Shown in pieces: positions 1-11,990 of a stretch of DNA of 64,000 bases. Under the pieces are notes generated by a model that had not been told where the DNA came from, searched no databases, and saw only the letters and a list, made by a program, of their open reading frames with translations. This stretch comes from an uncultured Actinomycetes bacterium (GTDB lineage Bacteria; Actinomycetota; Actinomycetes; Nanopelagicales; Nanopelagicaceae), in the NCBI GenBank assembly GCA_903873185.1, contig CAIQNN010000036.1, positions 3,639 to 67,638 on the forward strand, read 5' to 3'. Positions within the stretch are counted from its first letter, which is position 1; each line of letters begins with the position of its first letter. A program made the translations under genes and the position numbers.

Positions 1-845
1 AGCGCTGCTTGTTCTAGCGCTTCAGCAACTGCGTAACGAGGTGCCTCGAGTTCACGGGCAATGCGACGCAAAGTGCGAGCGCGTGGATCTTCAGCACGAT
101 AAACGCGGTGACCAAAACCCATTAAACGTTCGCCGCGATCCATGATGCCTTTTACATATGCACGAGCATCGCCAGATTTTTCAACATCTTCGATCATTCC
201 AAGAACGCGAGATGGGGCACCGCCATGAAGTGGGCCAGACATTGCACCGATCGCACCAGAAAGTGCTGCGGCAGCATCGGCGCCGGTTGATGCAATAACG
301 CGAGAGGTAAATGTTGAAGCATTCATTCCATGTTCGGCGGCGGAAACTAAATAGGCATCGATTGCTTTTACATGCTTAGGGTCCGGCTCACCGCGCCAAC
401 GAATCATCATTCGCTCTACTGAGGTTGTGCCTTTATTAACTTCAGATTCTGGAACGGCTGGAAGGGAATCACCGCGAGCTGCTTGGGCAACATAAGAAAG
501 GAGAAGCGCAGAAGAGCGCGCCACATTGTCGCGGGCTTCTTCGATAGTTGAATCTAGAAGTGGCTTGAAGCCAAACTTTGGGGCGAGCAGCGCGATCGCG
601 GCTTGAACATCAGCGCGCACGTCGCCGGAATGAATAGGAAGGACTTCTGGTTCTGCGACTGGTAATCCGGGCGCGAACGAATCATCAACCAATAAACCCC
701 AGACCTTGCCGAATTCAACTTTGCCAACGAGGTCTTCGATATCTACTCCGCGATAGCGAAGGGAACTGCCCTCTTTATCGGGCTCGGCGATAACCGATTC
801 AAATGCAATTACACCCTCTAAACCTGGCTTGAAATCTTCGCCCAC
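1..845 (-). CDS. Citrate synthase (CitA/GltA family), C-terminal end cut by window edge
   Basis: Outside the supplied ORF track. My reverse-strand translation from GTG 845..843 (GGGGAG 6 nt upstream) gives VGEDFKPGLEGVIAFESVIAEPD... It contains the GFGHRVYR signature (about 98..121) and LHGGA. The frame stays open to base 1. Confidence 0.85.
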   Translation of the reverse strand, partial: MGEDFKPGLEGVIAFESVIAEPDKEGSSLRYRGVDIEDLVGKVEFGKVWGLLVDDSFAPGLPVAEPEVLPIHSGDVRADVQAAIALLAPKFGFKPLLDSTIEEARDNVARSSALLLSYVAQAARGDSLPAVPESEVNKGTTSVERMMIRWRGEPDPKHVKAIDAYLVSAAEHGMNASTFTSRVIASTGADAAAALSGAIGAMSGPLHGGAPSRVLGMIEDVEKSGDARAYVKGIMDRGERLMGFGHRVYRAEDPRARTLRRIARELEAPRYAVAEALEQAA

Positions 846-1000
846 AGCGCACTCCCCTTGGAAAATTAAACAATTCGACGCTCGTATTCTGCTCTTATAT
901 GTAGTCACTTCCAAACCATATTCGGCGCGAAAAAGGGGGAAAGCAAGTGACCTGCAATACATCCCGCGCTGATTCTGGTCGCTATGAGTAAGTTGTAGCC

Positions 1001-1657
1001 ATGACCGAATTGGATAAAGCTGCAATCGCTGCCATGCGCCGCTCATATGGCGAGACCGGATTGACGGAGAACCAAATTTCAACAGACCCAGTCACCCAAT
1101 TTCATACTTGGCTCCATGAGGCGGCTGCCAATGTCGTAATTGTCGAGGCAAATGCGATGGTGCTCTCCACGGTTGCCGATGGCCAACCCTCGAGCCGAAC
1201 CGTCCTGTTAAAAGAGTTATCCCCCGCGGGTTTTAGTTTCTTTACCAATTACGGCTCCCGAAAGGGACGGCAAATAGCAGGCAACCCCGCGGTTAGCTTG
1301 CTCTTTCCTTGGTATGCCATGGAACGACAGGTAATTGTCTTAGGCCAGGCTAAAAAGATTGCCGAAGCCGATTCCGATAACTATTTTGCGGGCCGGCCAT
1401 GGAGCAGTCAGATCGGTGCTTGGGCCAGTTCGCAATCTGAAGTGCTAGAGGATCGAAGTGAACTGGAAGGGAAATATCAGGAGTACGTCGCCAAATATCC
1501 CGAAGGAAGTTTGGTCCCCAGGCCGCCACATTGGGGCGGTTATGTGGTGGTCCCTACCAGCATCGAATTCTGGCAAGGGCGATATTCCAGGTTGCACGAT
1601 CGCATTAGGTACGAGGTCACAGCTAATGGTTGGAAGGTGCGTCGCTTCTACCCTTAG
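1001..1657 (+). CDS. pdxH: Pyridoxamine 5'-phosphate oxidase
   Basis: 218 aa. C-terminal IEFWQGRYSRLHDRIRY and the RTVLLK segment are typical of PNPOx. Confidence 0.9.
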   Translation: MTELDKAAIAAMRRSYGETGLTENQISTDPVTQFHTWLHEAAANVVIVEANAMVLSTVADGQPSSRTVLLKELSPAGFSFFTNYGSRKGRQIAGNPAVSLLFPWYAMERQVIVLGQAKKIAEADSDNYFAGRPWSSQIGAWASSQSEVLEDRSELEGKYQEYVAKYPEGSLVPRPPHWGGYVVVPTSIEFWQGRYSRLHDRIRYEVTANGWKVRRFYP

Positions 1658-2788
<1,131 letters not shown>

Positions 2789-2880
2789 GTACAACATGAA
2801 TTACAAGATCAGAAGAGTTGTGACCTTGGCGGTCTTAATTGGTCTAACTCTTCTGGTTTTGAGCGGCTACCGAAAGTAAA

Positions 2881-4095
2881 TTACTTGACCCTGGGATTCT
2901 TTTTAACAAAGCGCCAATAACCAAGCAACGCCGGAATCACGGTAAATAAACCACAGAACGCCAACGCTTCTCTGATTCCAATTTGAGTTGAAAGCCAACC
3001 GAGAAGTGGTGAGCCAAAAGGTGTGCCGCCGAGGAAGACCATCAAATACAAACCCATAACTCGTCCGCGCATTTCCGGGTCGGTCGTTGTTTGAACATAG
3101 GAATTTGCGGCGATCAATGTAGTCAGCGCCAACATGCCACACACCGGAAGTAACAGGGCGTAGTTGGCATAAGAAGGGGCCGATGACAAAACTATTTCGG
3201 AGCTGCCAAAAGCTGCCGCGAAGAACATGATGAACCTAGGACTTCGGCGCTTATCTAATTTGGCCGAAAGTAGGGCGCCCGCCAGCGAACCAATTGCCAA
3301 AATACTTCCCAGCCCGCCGTAAGAGGCAGCGCCTTTATTGAAAACCGTGGTTGCCATCAAAGCATTGAAGATTTGAAAATTCAGACCAAAGGTGGCGGTA
3401 AAGAAAACAGTTACCATCACGGCGATTATGTCGCGTCTAGTTTTTATGTATTTCAAGGCATCTCGAATCGCCGCCTTTGATTGCGGCTCTACTTCTATGT
3501 GCAGATCATTCTCTTTCATCATTAGCAAACCTGCGATAACAAAGAGGTAGGAAGCGGCATTAAGCATGAAGGAGGGACCAGTTCCAAACCACGCGATCAA
3601 CAACCCAGAAAGTCCAGGTCCAACCAGTCGGCCGGCATTAAAATTCGCCGAATTTAGGCTGATGGCATTTGCCACATCACTTTTGCCAACAATTTCAGAG
3701 TTAAATGCCTGACGTACTGGCGCATCAATTGCGCCGAATGCGCCAAGAGAGAGCGCCAAGAGATAAACGTGCCAAAGTTGAACGTTATGTGAAATGACCA
3801 ACGTGCCCAAAATCAGCGAAGTCAGTCCGCCGCCGATATTCGTCAGCAGCAAGAGCTTTCGCTTATTGAATCGATCCGCAAGTGAACCACCGTAAAGACT
3901 GAGCGCCAGCGAGGGCAAGAATTGCAGCCCAGTAACTAGCCCGAGATCACGACCGCTGTGGGTTAACTGCAGTACAAGCCAATCTTGGGCAACGCGTTGC
4001 GCCCAAGTTCCAATATTGGAGATCGAGTTGGCGGCGAAGAAGATTCGGAAATTTCGATGTCTGAAGGCTCGGAGCGAACCAGAGTCAGAGACCAT
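2881..4095 (-). CDS. MFS transporter (EntS/YbdA-like topology)
   Basis: 404 aa with about 12 hydrophobic segments. MFS loop motif GSLADRFNKRK between TM2 and TM3. Confidence 0.8.
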   Translation of the reverse strand: MVSDSGSLRAFRHRNFRIFFAANSISNIGTWAQRVAQDWLVLQLTHSGRDLGLVTGLQFLPSLALSLYGGSLADRFNKRKLLLLTNIGGGLTSLILGTLVISHNVQLWHVYLLALSLGAFGAIDAPVRQAFNSEIVGKSDVANAISLNSANFNAGRLVGPGLSGLLIAWFGTGPSFMLNAASYLFVIAGLLMMKENDLHIEVEPQSKAAIRDALKYIKTRRDIIAVMVTVFFTATFGLNFQIFNALMATTVFNKGAASYGGLGSILAIGSLAGALLSAKLDKRRSPRFIMFFAAAFGSSEIVLSSAPSYANYALLLPVCGMLALTTLIAANSYVQTTTDPEMRGRVMGLYLMVFLGGTPFGSPLLGWLSTQIGIREALAFCGLFTVIPALLGYWRFVKKNPRVK

Positions 4096-4131
4096 TACTT
4101 AAGGATAGCCACTTTCAATTAGGCTATTGCC

Positions 4132-4308
4132 ATGAGATCTCCGGTCTTCGCAATTATCGCAGGCACGATCCTGTGGGTCGTTGCCTTTGTTATTGCAATC
4201 GCAAGCAGCGCCGCCACAAATACGATTTGGATCTGCGTTAGTGGCGCCACATTAGGGCTGGTTGGATTGCGCTACACAATCAGACGTGGACGTCGCGGCC
4301 AACTTTAG
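4132..4308 (+). CDS. Small 2-TM membrane protein (DUF2530-like)
   Basis: 58 aa, below the ORF-track cutoff. Own translation: MRSPVFAIIAGTILWVVAFVIAIASSAATNTIWICVSGATLGLVGLRYTIRRGRRGQL. Two TM helices and a basic tail. Convergent with a long Csp, as in mycobacterial loci. No clear SD. Confidence 0.45.
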   Translation: MRSPVFAIIAGTILWVVAFVIAIASSAATNTIWICVSGATLGLVGLRYTIRRGRRGQL

Positions 4309-4314
4309 CAACAT

Positions 4315-4338
4315 AAACCGAACTAGTTCTTCGGGTTT
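4315..4338. terminator. Bidirectional hairpin terminator candidate (copy 1)
   Basis: aaaccgaactagttcttcgggttt: an A-tract and T-tract flank a stem containing the perfect 10-nt palindrome GAACTAGTTC. It lies between convergent genes. Confidence 0.5.
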
Positions 4339-4369
4339 ATCAACCCTCGAACTGTCCGGCTAGCAACAT

Positions 4370-4393
4370 AAACCGAACTAGTTCTTCGGGTTT
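4370..4393. terminator. Bidirectional hairpin terminator candidate (copy 2)
   Basis: Identical to 4315..4338. Lies immediately 3' of the csp stop codon (4395..4397). Confidence 0.5.
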
Positions 4394-4394
4394 A

Positions 4395-4790
4395 TCAACC
4401 CTCGAACTGTCCGGCGATGCCTCGCAACACCTTCGCTAATCGTTCAGCTTCGGCACCTTGGGGATGACGGCCATGTCGAAGACCATTTCCAACCTTGTCC
4501 AAAATTTTGATTGTGTCTTCGATCATCGTTGCCAAATCATCAGGATTGATCCGATTATTTTCCACGATCGAAGCTGGTGCTTCGATTATGCGAACGGAAA
4601 GCGCCTGTGGACCACGACGACCTTCTACGATTCCGAAATCTAATTTTGTTCCCGGCTTGATCGTTGTAATCCCATCAGGAAGCGCCGCGGCAGCAAGGTA
4701 AACATCTTCGCCCTCTTCGGAGGAGATAAAACCAAAACCCTTTTCGAGGCTAAACCATTTCACTCGACCAATTGGCATGGTGAACTCCAT
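4395..4790 (-). CDS. Cold-shock-domain protein with C-terminal extension (CspB-like, long form)
   Basis: 131 aa. N-terminal GRVKWFSLEKGFGFIS (RNP1 KGFGFI) and VYLAAAAL (RNP2-like), plus a ~60-aa tail. Confidence 0.85.
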   Translation of the reverse strand: MEFTMPIGRVKWFSLEKGFGFISSEEGEDVYLAAAALPDGITTIKPGTKLDFGIVEGRRGPQALSVRIIEAPASIVENNRINPDDLATMIEDTIKILDKVGNGLRHGRHPQGAEAERLAKVLRGIAGQFEG

Positions 4791-4868
4791 TCTTTTATTG
4801 CGCTGCGTTAGGCCGAATCAAATCGGGCAGAAGGTGAGTTTAACCCACGCCCATTGAATGGCGGGAGG

Positions 4869-5558
4869 TTATTCGGGAACTACTAAGGCTTCAGAATGAG
4901 CGCCGCAGCCGTGGTCAACTGAGACAACTCGGGCATCTTCGGGTGAAATCGCATTGGAGCAGACGCCAAAGGCAGAGCGAAGGGAGCCAGCAATCGGGAT
5001 AAAGAAGCCACATGAGGCGCAAGGCAGCGGTGCCGCCATGGCTAATGGTGATTTTGGACCGCGGTCGCCTTCGTACCAACGCTTGCTGGCTTGGTCGCGG
5101 CCAATGATAGAAAGGGTGCGGGCTCGCCCTAAGCCAAGTTCCCACAACGCAACTGCCTCGAGCTCTTCTTCGCCTGGAAGGGCGGCAAAACCCGGAACTA
5201 AACGCTCATCATCGGCAGAGGTCGGAACTATGTCCCCTACGCCCACATCGCCAGGCTGAATTCGATCGATATAAGGCACCCACTCTGGCGCAATAAGCGA
5301 TTGGGCGCCTGGAAGCAAGACAACATCGCACAGGGTTGCGGGTGAAGTTTCATCGACTTTTGCAACGGTTACCGCCCAGCGCCACCCACCATAACCTGGC
5401 AGGTTCGCTTCAAATAGATAGGTACCAATTCGCTCATCTTCAGAATCGATCGAAACTAATTGGCCAACAAATTCGGCGTTCTGGGCATCCTCGATGGCAG
5501 CGGCGCGCGCGATCGCAAGCGCCCCATAGAAATCCTGCTGACCTTTACCCTGTTTCAT
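4869..5558 (-). CDS. DUF3027-family protein
   Basis: 229 aa. C-terminal Cys/His cluster CASCGFFIPIAGSLRSAFGVCSN...DHGCGAHSE. Conserved neighbour of csp in actinobacteria. Confidence 0.7.
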   Translation of the reverse strand: MKQGKGQQDFYGALAIARAAAIEDAQNAEFVGQLVSIDSEDERIGTYLFEANLPGYGGWRWAVTVAKVDETSPATLCDVVLLPGAQSLIAPEWVPYIDRIQPGDVGVGDIVPTSADDERLVPGFAALPGEEELEAVALWELGLGRARTLSIIGRDQASKRWYEGDRGPKSPLAMAAPLPCASCGFFIPIAGSLRSAFGVCSNAISPEDARVVSVDHGCGAHSEALVVPE

Positions 5559-5570
5559 ACCTATACCTTA

Positions 5571-5605
5571 AAGCAAAAAGCCCCCGAGCAATTCGAGGGC
5601 TTTTT
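5571..5605 (-). terminator. Intrinsic terminator downstream of groEL
   Basis: Minus-strand reading: aaaaagccctcgaattgctcgggggcttttt, followed by gcttt. GC stem with one mismatch, then a U-run, 23 nt after the groEL stop. Confidence 0.7.
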
Positions 5606-5627
5606 GGCTTTAACGCTTAGGGGGACT

Positions 5628-7262
<1,635 letters not shown>

Positions 7263-7313
7263 TTATTCACTTCAAGTAAATCGATTGGGTTTATCTACCT
7301 CTGGCGGGGCGAG

Positions 7314-7340
7314 TTATCACTCACACCGTCCGAGTGCTAA
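7314..7340 (-). promoter_or_regulatory. CIRCE operator (HrcA binding site)
   Basis: TTATCACTC-N9-GAGTGCTAA against the consensus TTAGCACTC-N9-GAGTGCTAA (1 mismatch). Lies 67 nt upstream of the groEL start. Confidence 0.85.
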
Positions 7341-7430
7341 CGCCAAATCTAGGGCAGGGGCGAGCATTGGGCAAACTCAAATTGTGAAGGAAATTAGCTT
7401 TTCAGCCGGCGAAACTGGCTCTTATTGATT

Positions 7431-7727
7431 TCAGCCAGTGAAACTGGCAGAACGGGCGCTGGTCCGGGCTTCCCGAAGGCGGCGCAGGCGCTTAACCAGC
7501 ATTGGCTGGGCCAAAAGGGCATCTTCGCGGTCGATCAGGTTATTTAGAAGTTGGTAATAGGCAGGTGGATTGAGATCAAAGAGCTCTTTTACCGCGCTCT
7601 CCTTGGCTCCTGCGTAGCGCCACCATTGGCGTTCAAAATCCAGGATTCGAAGTTCAAGATCGGTCAAATTTACGACCGAGTTCCCCGCAGTGGCGAACTC
7701 CTGGGTAGTCAAAGCCAAGTTTTCCAT
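7431..7727 (-). CDS. DUF3263-family protein
   Basis: 98 aa. ILDFERQWWRYAGAKESAVKELFDLNPPAYYQLLNNLID matches the DUF3263 core as I remember it. Confidence 0.7.
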   Translation of the reverse strand: MENLALTTQEFATAGNSVVNLTDLELRILDFERQWWRYAGAKESAVKELFDLNPPAYYQLLNNLIDREDALLAQPMLVKRLRRLREARTSARSASFTG

Positions 7728-7804
7728 TCGCTAAGCATAGGAGGCGGGTGGGACAAATTTGGGCATTTCTGCCAGAACCAGCGTTTAATTTTCGATTCGA
7801 AAAA

Positions 7805-9157
7805 TCACAGCGTTTCTAGTATCGCTTCCAAATCGCTCTTCTTAGTCCATGGATTCACGATGGCAAATCGCAGAATTGGTTGCCCATGATGTGCCGAAGG
7901 CGTCACAAAACCAATCTGATCTTCCAATAATTTATCGGACCAGATTTGGTAGGCCGGCGCCGCCCAACCTTTTCGAGTGAAGGCGACAACGGACAAGGTT
8001 GGTTCAACAACTAGTTCCAAATTTGGATGGTTACGAATTAGATCGGCAGCGATTCGTGCCATCTCCATAGTGGCTTCGACCGCCTCTTCATACTCATTGG
8101 TGCCATGAGCTGCGAGTGAAAACCAAAATGGTAATCCGCGAGCGCGCCGGGTTAAGTGAATTGCGTAATCAGATGGATTCCATTCGCCATCATCATCCAA
8201 AGTATCAAGATATGCCGCATGTTGCAGATGTGCTTTTTTACCAAGTTCTGGATTTCGATAGATCAAGGCACAGGCGTCGAAGGGCGCAAAAAGCCATTTG
8301 TGTGGATCGACAATTAATGAGTCCGCCTTCTCCACCCCTTTAAAAAGTGGACGAACTTTTGGTGCGCAAAGCGCCGCTAAACCGTAGGCGCCATCGACAT
8401 GGAACCAGATTCCGCGCTCTTGTACGACATCGCCCACCGAATCTAAATTATCGATGATGCCTAAGTTTGTTGTTCCAGCAGTTGCAACAACGGCAAAGAT
8501 TTGATGGGTCGGATGCTTGGCATGATATGAATCGATTGCTGTTGCAACCGCTTCCCCTTGGAGTGAACCGTGTTTGTCCGGATCAATAAGAAGTATCTCG
8601 ACATCCATAACGTTTGCGGCCGCGGTGATTGATGAGTGCGCTTCCGAACTGGCTGCTACCACCCAACGTGTGACGCCACTTCGTTTTTCGCGAAAGTGAG
8701 TACGAGCCGCGACCAGCGCAGAAAGATTTCCGATCGTCCCACCCTGGACAAAAACACCACCCGCACTTTGAGGTAATCCGGCTAAATCTGAGATCCAGCG
8801 AAGTGCCTGGTTTTCGGCGAAGACCGCACCCGCACCTTCCAGCCAAGAGCCGCCGTACAAAGCAGTTGCGCCTACAACTAGATCAAAGAGGTTGGCATAC
8901 TCACTTGGAGCGCTGGGGATGAAGGCTAAATAGCGGGGATGATCGGTAGAGATACATGCTTTTGCTAAAACTTCACGAAACAACTCCATCGCAGCTGGGC
9001 CACCAAGGCCTTCGGGCGTGATGGTGTTTCCAGCCAAGGCAAAGAGTTCTTCTGGAGACTTTGGACCGTCTAACGGCGGATCCGATTTAAGCCGATACAG
9101 GCTGTATTCCATTACTTCAGCAGCAAGCGCTTCGACCTCGGCGTTAAATTCATGCAT
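7805..9157 (-). CDS. PLP-dependent group II amino-acid decarboxylase
   Basis: 450 aa. PLP-lysine context SLIVDPHKWLFAPFDAC and HVDGAYG. Confidence 0.8.
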   Translation of the reverse strand: MHEFNAEVEALAAEVMEYSLYRLKSDPPLDGPKSPEELFALAGNTITPEGLGGPAAMELFREVLAKACISTDHPRYLAFIPSAPSEYANLFDLVVGATALYGGSWLEGAGAVFAENQALRWISDLAGLPQSAGGVFVQGGTIGNLSALVAARTHFREKRSGVTRWVVAASSEAHSSITAAANVMDVEILLIDPDKHGSLQGEAVATAIDSYHAKHPTHQIFAVVATAGTTNLGIIDNLDSVGDVVQERGIWFHVDGAYGLAALCAPKVRPLFKGVEKADSLIVDPHKWLFAPFDACALIYRNPELGKKAHLQHAAYLDTLDDDGEWNPSDYAIHLTRRARGLPFWFSLAAHGTNEYEEAVEATMEMARIAADLIRNHPNLELVVEPTLSVVAFTRKGWAAPAYQIWSDKLLEDQIGFVTPSAHHGQPILRFAIVNPWTKKSDLEAILETL

Positions 9158-9190
9158 GGGCTGATTGTGCCAGTTAACTCATCAGGTTAA

Positions 9191-10705
9191 TCAATCGCCC
9201 TTTTTATTGCTCGCCTTTGCTTTCGCGCCCGCCTTAACCAAATTGCGGAGCATGGTTGGAAAAACGATCACATGAAAGGGAAGGATGACGAACCAGTAAA
9301 GCTGACCGCCAAGGCCGCGCGGGGAGAAGGTCGCCTCTTGCTCGACTTTGGTTTTGACCTTCCCGGCCTCCTCAATTTCAGAAATTCGGAACTCTAACCA
9401 CGCTTTGCCAGGTAAGACCATCTCGGCATACAAGCGCAACTTTGAATTTGGAACCACTTCTTCAACGCGCCAAAAATCTAAACTGTCGCCGACGCGCAAG
9501 TGAAGTGGATCGCGGCGGCCGCGGCGCAAGCCAACCCCACCGAAAATTCGATCCAAGAAGCCACGCAACCACCACAAGGTATCGGCGCCATACCAACCAG
9601 TGTCGCCACCAATTCGCTCGATCGCCGACCAGATATCAGCAATTGGAACTTCAACGACCTTGCGCTGATAGTCGCGATACATCGTTTCGCCAGCCCAATC
9701 GGGATCGCTTTGTGCTTTTTGCCACGGAACTGATGGGGCAGTCGCATCAGACCAACGAGTCTCAACTTGATTTGATGTGATTCGCGAAAGTGCCAGTTCG
9801 ATAGAAGTTTTCAGATCTACCAAGCCCTCTTTTGGGGGCGGAATAATGGCATCGATACTCTTCTTCGGGTCAGCAACAACTTCGCTGATTAGCGATCCAA
9901 CCAACGGGCGCGCCAAACTAGTTGGTACAGGTGTTACCAACCCGATCCAATGACTTGAGAAACCCGGCGTTAAAACTGGGACTTTGATAATTATTCTTCG
10001 CCGCAATCCCGATAGCTTCGCGAAAGTTTGCATCATCGCCTCGTAAGAGAGCACTTGGGGACCACCAATATCAAAAATTCCCGCCACTGGCTTCGGAAGT
10101 TTTACAATACCAGTTAGGTAATACAAAACATCACGAATCGCAATTGGTTGGGTGCGATTTGAAACCCACTTTGGCGTAATCATGATCGGCAATCGGTGCG
10201 TTAAATGGCGCAGCATTTCGAAAGAAGCAGAACCAGATCCAATAATTATTCCGGCCCGAAGTTCGGCAACTGGCACGGTACCTGCAGCTAAATCTGTGCC
10301 AGTCTGTTCGCGAGATTTTAAATGCTTACTTATGTGTTTATCGTTTGCGATTCCGCCCAGGTACACAATCTGCTTTACCTGCGAATCACTCGCAGCCTTT
10401 GCGAAGTTGCGCGCCATCGCTGATTCCAACTCATCGAAATTAGAACCTTGGCTCATCGAGTGAAGTAAGTAATAGACAGTATGTATACCAATCAGGGCCT
10501 TACTCACAGATTCGAAATTGTTGGCATTACCTTCGGCAATTTCCACTTCTCCAAACCAAGATTGTCCGGTGATCTTCTTTCCATCCCGCACAAAAACTCG
10601 AACCTGGAAACCTTCCGTTAACAATTGGCGGACTAATCGCCCACCTACATATCCAGATGCGCCTGTTACAAGTATTAGGCGGTTATTTTCGGAAGCTCGG
10701 CTCAT
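9191..10705 (-). CDS. NAD(P)-binding SDR/NmrA-like protein with C-terminal DUF2867-like domain
   Basis: 504 aa. Rossmann motif LVTGASGYVGGRLV at the N-terminus and a long C-terminal beta-rich domain. Confidence 0.7.
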   Translation of the reverse strand: MSRASENNRLILVTGASGYVGGRLVRQLLTEGFQVRVFVRDGKKITGQSWFGEVEIAEGNANNFESVSKALIGIHTVYYLLHSMSQGSNFDELESAMARNFAKAASDSQVKQIVYLGGIANDKHISKHLKSREQTGTDLAAGTVPVAELRAGIIIGSGSASFEMLRHLTHRLPIMITPKWVSNRTQPIAIRDVLYYLTGIVKLPKPVAGIFDIGGPQVLSYEAMMQTFAKLSGLRRRIIIKVPVLTPGFSSHWIGLVTPVPTSLARPLVGSLISEVVADPKKSIDAIIPPPKEGLVDLKTSIELALSRITSNQVETRWSDATAPSVPWQKAQSDPDWAGETMYRDYQRKVVEVPIADIWSAIERIGGDTGWYGADTLWWLRGFLDRIFGGVGLRRGRRDPLHLRVGDSLDFWRVEEVVPNSKLRLYAEMVLPGKAWLEFRISEIEEAGKVKTKVEQEATFSPRGLGGQLYWFVILPFHVIVFPTMLRNLVKAGAKAKASNKKGD

Positions 10706-10764
10706 GTAATTAACAGTAGACTCAGCACTACCTTTTCGACACTTGAAATGACGGGAATCACTTT

Positions 10765-11988
10765 ATGACTAAACCTCGCGTACTGATTCTCGGTGGTGGC
10801 TTCGGTGGCTTGGCCACAGCCAGAGCTCTGGGATCACGCGCGATAGTGACAGTGGTGGATAAGCACAACTATCAAACCTTTCTTCCTCTGCTTTACCAGG
10901 TTTCAACTGCTGGGCTGGCAGCAGATCACGTTGCCTATCCAATTCGCGGCGTGCTTCGAGAATTTCATGGCAACTTTCGAATGGGTTCACCAATTTCCCT
11001 TGATCACAAAAACAAAGCGGTGAAACTCGATAGCAGTGAGACGCTGGAATTCGATCATCTAGTTGTTGCGATGGGATCGGTTACTGCTGATTTTGGAATT
11101 CCGGGAGTCGCAGAAAATGCCCTTGGAATGAAGAGCATTCAGGAAGCGCTAGAGATTCGCGCCGAAGTCATGCGCCGTTTTGAAGACCTCTGTCGTTTTC
11201 AAGATGAGACCAGGCTCTCAATTGTTGTAGTCGGTGGCGGCCCAACCGGAGTTGAAATGGTTGGCGCTTTGGCCGAGCTAGTACGTGGCCCACTTAAGAA
11301 TGATGAAGCCCATGCCGCCAAACATATGGATATTTATCTGCTTGAGGCTGGCCCACGATTGTTACCGATGTTCTCGGAATCGCTCTCGGAAAAAACGAAG
11401 AAGACTCTTGAACGAATGGGCGTAACAGTCCTTACCAATACGGCCGTAAAAGCAGTGGAATCGCGAAAAATATTATTGGGCAGCGGTGAATATCTGCCTT
11501 CCGAGGTCACAATTTGGGCGGCGGGCGTTAAAGGATCGCCAGATTCAGAATTTCTTAATATCCCTCTGGCTGGCAACCGAGTCGATGTTGATGAAAACCT
11601 GCAGGTTCGGCACTATCCAAATATTTGGGCGGTCGGCGATATCGCCGGCGCCAAAGGTGCTGATGGGCGCTTTCTTCCAATGGTCGCACCAGTAGCAATG
11701 CAACAGGGTCGATTCGTTGCCGAGCAAATTATTCGAGCAAATAAAGGTTTAGAACTGAAGAAGTTTTCTTATAAAGATAAGGGTTCGATGGCCACAATCG
11801 GCCGAAACAAAGCCGTAGTCGAAGCTGGTCCAATTAAGTTTTCAGGACCATTGGCCTGGAGCGCTTGGCTTTTCCTTCACCTCTTTTATTTAATGGGCGG
11901 ACGAAATCGAATTGGAACCATTGCCGATTGGTTCTGGAATTACCTGACCTTCGACCGCGGCAATCGTCACATTCTGGATTCGATCTAG
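10765..11988 (+). CDS. ndh: Type II NADH dehydrogenase (NDH-2)
   Basis: 407 aa. Two dinucleotide folds, VLILGGGFGGLA and VVVGGGPTGVEM, plus AVGDIAG. Confidence 0.85.
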   Translation: MTKPRVLILGGGFGGLATARALGSRAIVTVVDKHNYQTFLPLLYQVSTAGLAADHVAYPIRGVLREFHGNFRMGSPISLDHKNKAVKLDSSETLEFDHLVVAMGSVTADFGIPGVAENALGMKSIQEALEIRAEVMRRFEDLCRFQDETRLSIVVVGGGPTGVEMVGALAELVRGPLKNDEAHAAKHMDIYLLEAGPRLLPMFSESLSEKTKKTLERMGVTVLTNTAVKAVESRKILLGSGEYLPSEVTIWAAGVKGSPDSEFLNIPLAGNRVDVDENLQVRHYPNIWAVGDIAGAKGADGRFLPMVAPVAMQQGRFVAEQIIRANKGLELKKFSYKDKGSMATIGRNKAVVEAGPIKFSGPLAWSAWLFLHLFYLMGGRNRIGTIADWFWNYLTFDRGNRHILDSI

Positions 11989-11990
11989 CT

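Larger units (their letters stand above)
4306..4415. repeat. Perfect 2 x 55 bp tandem direct repeat (4306..4360 and 4361..4415)
   Basis: Both copies read tagcaacataaaccgaactagttcttcgggtttatcaaccctcgaactgtccggc. Copy 1 starts with the TAG stop of the 58-aa ORF. Copy 2 holds the stop and last 6 codons of the csp gene. Each copy carries the hairpin. Confidence 0.95.

Noticed and set aside
4306-4415. Possibility that the 55-bp repeat is a CRISPR or MITE fragment
   Set aside because: There are only two directly abutting copies with no spacer. The content is fully explained by a local terminator plus gene ends, and no terminal inverted repeats flank it.
11865-11990. Upstream extension of the alpha/beta hydrolase ORF (track start 11865)
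   Set aside because: It would overlap the 3' end of ndh by 124 nt and adds a non-homologous leader. The ATG at 11991 sits just after the ndh stop.
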